Positions 62,040-64,000 of a stretch of 64,000 bases of DNA are shown one piece after another (the first letter of the stretch is position 1; every line of letters begins with the position of its first letter). The position numbers and the translations under genes were made by a program. The notes under the pieces were generated by a model. The model did no database searches, had not been told where the DNA came from, and saw nothing but the letters and a program-made list of their open reading frames with translations. Origin of the DNA: Octopus bimaculoides (taxonomy: Eukaryota); NCBI RefSeq assembly GCF_001194135.2, contig NC_068981.1, positions 193,202,944 to 193,266,943 on the forward strand. Reading direction: 5' to 3'.

Positions 62040-62856
62040 CCTTAAACATAGACAACTTGCAACTAGAACCCCAACAATCACTTCAAATGCAAGGTCTCAC
62101 TATCGTTGAGGATGACAATAAAACTGACAATAAAAAACTCTTCCAAGTGGAATTTTATATCCTTTTCATAATTGAAGGTCAGTTCATTCAATGAATTTTG
62201 AAGAGACCAAATCAGATGAATATCTGAAGGCACAAGGTCAGATGAATATGGAGGGTGCAGCAAAACTTCCCAGCCAAGTCCCTGTAACTTCTGCCATGTC
62301 TACAAAGAAGCATATGATCTGGTATTGTTGGGATGAAACACAATGCCCAAATGATTAACAAATGTTGGACACTTCTGGTGGATCACTGCATTTGATTTCT
62401 CTCACTGGTCACAGTACACATCTGAATTGATAGTCCTGTCCATTGGAAGAAGCTCGTAAAAGACAACATTCTTCTATCTTCAGGTGAAGTTCTGCTTTGG
62501 AGGTTGTTTGTGATGGTTTACAGCACTCCCTCCATGTTTGTTTGCACTGCACATTATTATTGAGGACCCATTTTTCATCTCCTGTCACCAATCTTAAAAA
62601 AAAAAACCAGGGGATTGTTTTTAAATGCATCTGCAACAAATTGCAGATGGACATTCATTGGGTCATGTTCTCCACATTCAATTGATGGAAAGGCAGGAAA
62701 TTTTGAGTCAGGGAAAATAGATCTGCCCAGAGGATGGCAGAAACTACTGGAGTGAAAGGATAATTATTTCATTGGTTGAATAAACCACTTTGGGTTTAAA
62801 ACTTGTCTTATTTTCACTGAAAAATACCAAATGGACTTTCTGGGAAAGTCCAATAT
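62040..62856. mobile_element. Mariner (Hsmar/SETMAR-like) remnant with an inverted internal segment
   Basis: Minus strand: LVTGDEKW and HPPYSSDLVPSD...HLEEFF. Plus strand: C-terminal ..LPRGWQK.. and a TIR-like end at about 62830-62856. Confidence 0.75.
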
Positions 62857-62994
62857 AACCTGAACAGAGCAAGGATTGCATCATTAAGAAATAACTCAGT
62901 AAATACCTGTCCCCAACTATTAACTCTACACACCCACCTCTGCAAAGGTGAAGTGAGTTTCATAGTGGAGCACAACTCCCACATGTCAGACAGT

Positions 62995-63255
62995 GCTGAA
63001 GCTGCACACACACATATGCATACACACAGACATATGCATGGCCACAAACACACACATACACAAATATGCATACACAGATGCACACACAGTTATACATACA
63101 TATATGTGCACACACACACATGCACATGTGCTTACAAGCATGCACATATATGTGCTTGCACACATGCACATATATGTGCTTGCACGCATGCACATAACTC
63201 ATACATACACACAACGCACACACACACTCATGCACACACACATACACACACATAT
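62995..63255. repeat. Degenerate (CA)/(CATA) low-complexity tract
   Basis: Directly visible; explains the HTHT/CVCV ORFs. Confidence 0.9.
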
Positions 63256-63960
63256 CCTGGACAGCATCCACAGAAAGGCTAATCAATTGATATACAGTCA
63301 CTCACAAAGATCTTCCAAACTCTCACCCACAGACGTTGTAAGCACAATGCTTTTATCTCAACAACAGTATGTATAATACTGTACAATACATAATATGTAT
63401 TTATATAATAAACTCACTCCTCCATTGTCCCTCCACCCCCACCTTTCGTAGAATATGACCTTGGTCTTTTAAAATTTAGGGTTGCCTTTGCTGATATTTT
63501 CCTTGACTTGAATAATGTTATCATGCTGTCTTCTGCTTCCTTCCTTCTCTTTCTCCCTCATTCCATTATTATTACAATGGTCTTCTGCTATAACCTTGGG
63601 CCAACCACAGCCTTATCAGTGGATTTAGTAGTTGGAAACAGAAGAAGCCCATTGTGCATATGGTTCTGCATGTATACACACACATGCATTATATATATGT
63701 ATGTATATATATATATACAAGGAATATATATGTATATACATATAAGAAGTAGAAAGATGAATTTTATTCAACATGTAAATGCTCATGGCTGGTTGCCGGC
63801 AAAAAACTTTTTCTGCTCTTAAAAGGATTTTATCCTTTATATATACTGTTCAGCATTTACGCGTTGAATAAAATTTATCTTTCTACTTGTTCTACAATAC
63901 ATTTCAACACTTCAAAAACAAACCTATGCTTGTTTACATATGACATAATATATATATGAC

Positions 63961-64000
<40 letters not shown>

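Overview
This is eukaryotic, AT-rich, repeat-saturated DNA, not prokaryotic. I found no operon, CRISPR array or intact rRNA/tRNA gene. The repeat families (RTE tails ending in (GAT)n, tRNA-derived SINEs, dense microsatellites) and the N-gaps look like a draft octopus genome; that is an inference. One unidentified protein-coding locus is supportable on the minus strand. It comprises a largely phase-compatible chain of small exons between about 44.4 kb and 27.6 kb, a 2.7-kb uninterrupted ORF (6906-9593) encoding a Ser/Asn-rich disordered region with TQT/SQT motifs, a probable downstream exon (2194-2322), and a possible internal TATA promoter near 15.6 kb. The rest is intronic: decayed RTE, R4-like (restriction-like endonuclease) and Penelope retroelements, Tc1/mariner remnants, SINEs and microsatellites. 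The most unusual signals are a tRNA-headed SINE carrying a hammerhead-ribozyme-like motif in a palindromic arrangement (46997-47335), a 5S-rRNA-headed SINE-like element (61512-61678) and four long fold-back hairpins (14345-14469, 14518-14941, 46361-46485, 57018-57422). Nearly all other ORFs in the supplied track are microsatellite, gap or transposon artefacts. N-gaps: 13396-13405, 13819-14062, 28131-28260, 36092-36101, 37432-37603, 38316-38853, 51675-51774, 58143-58170. Exon calls and identities were made by eye and need RNA-seq and homology checks.
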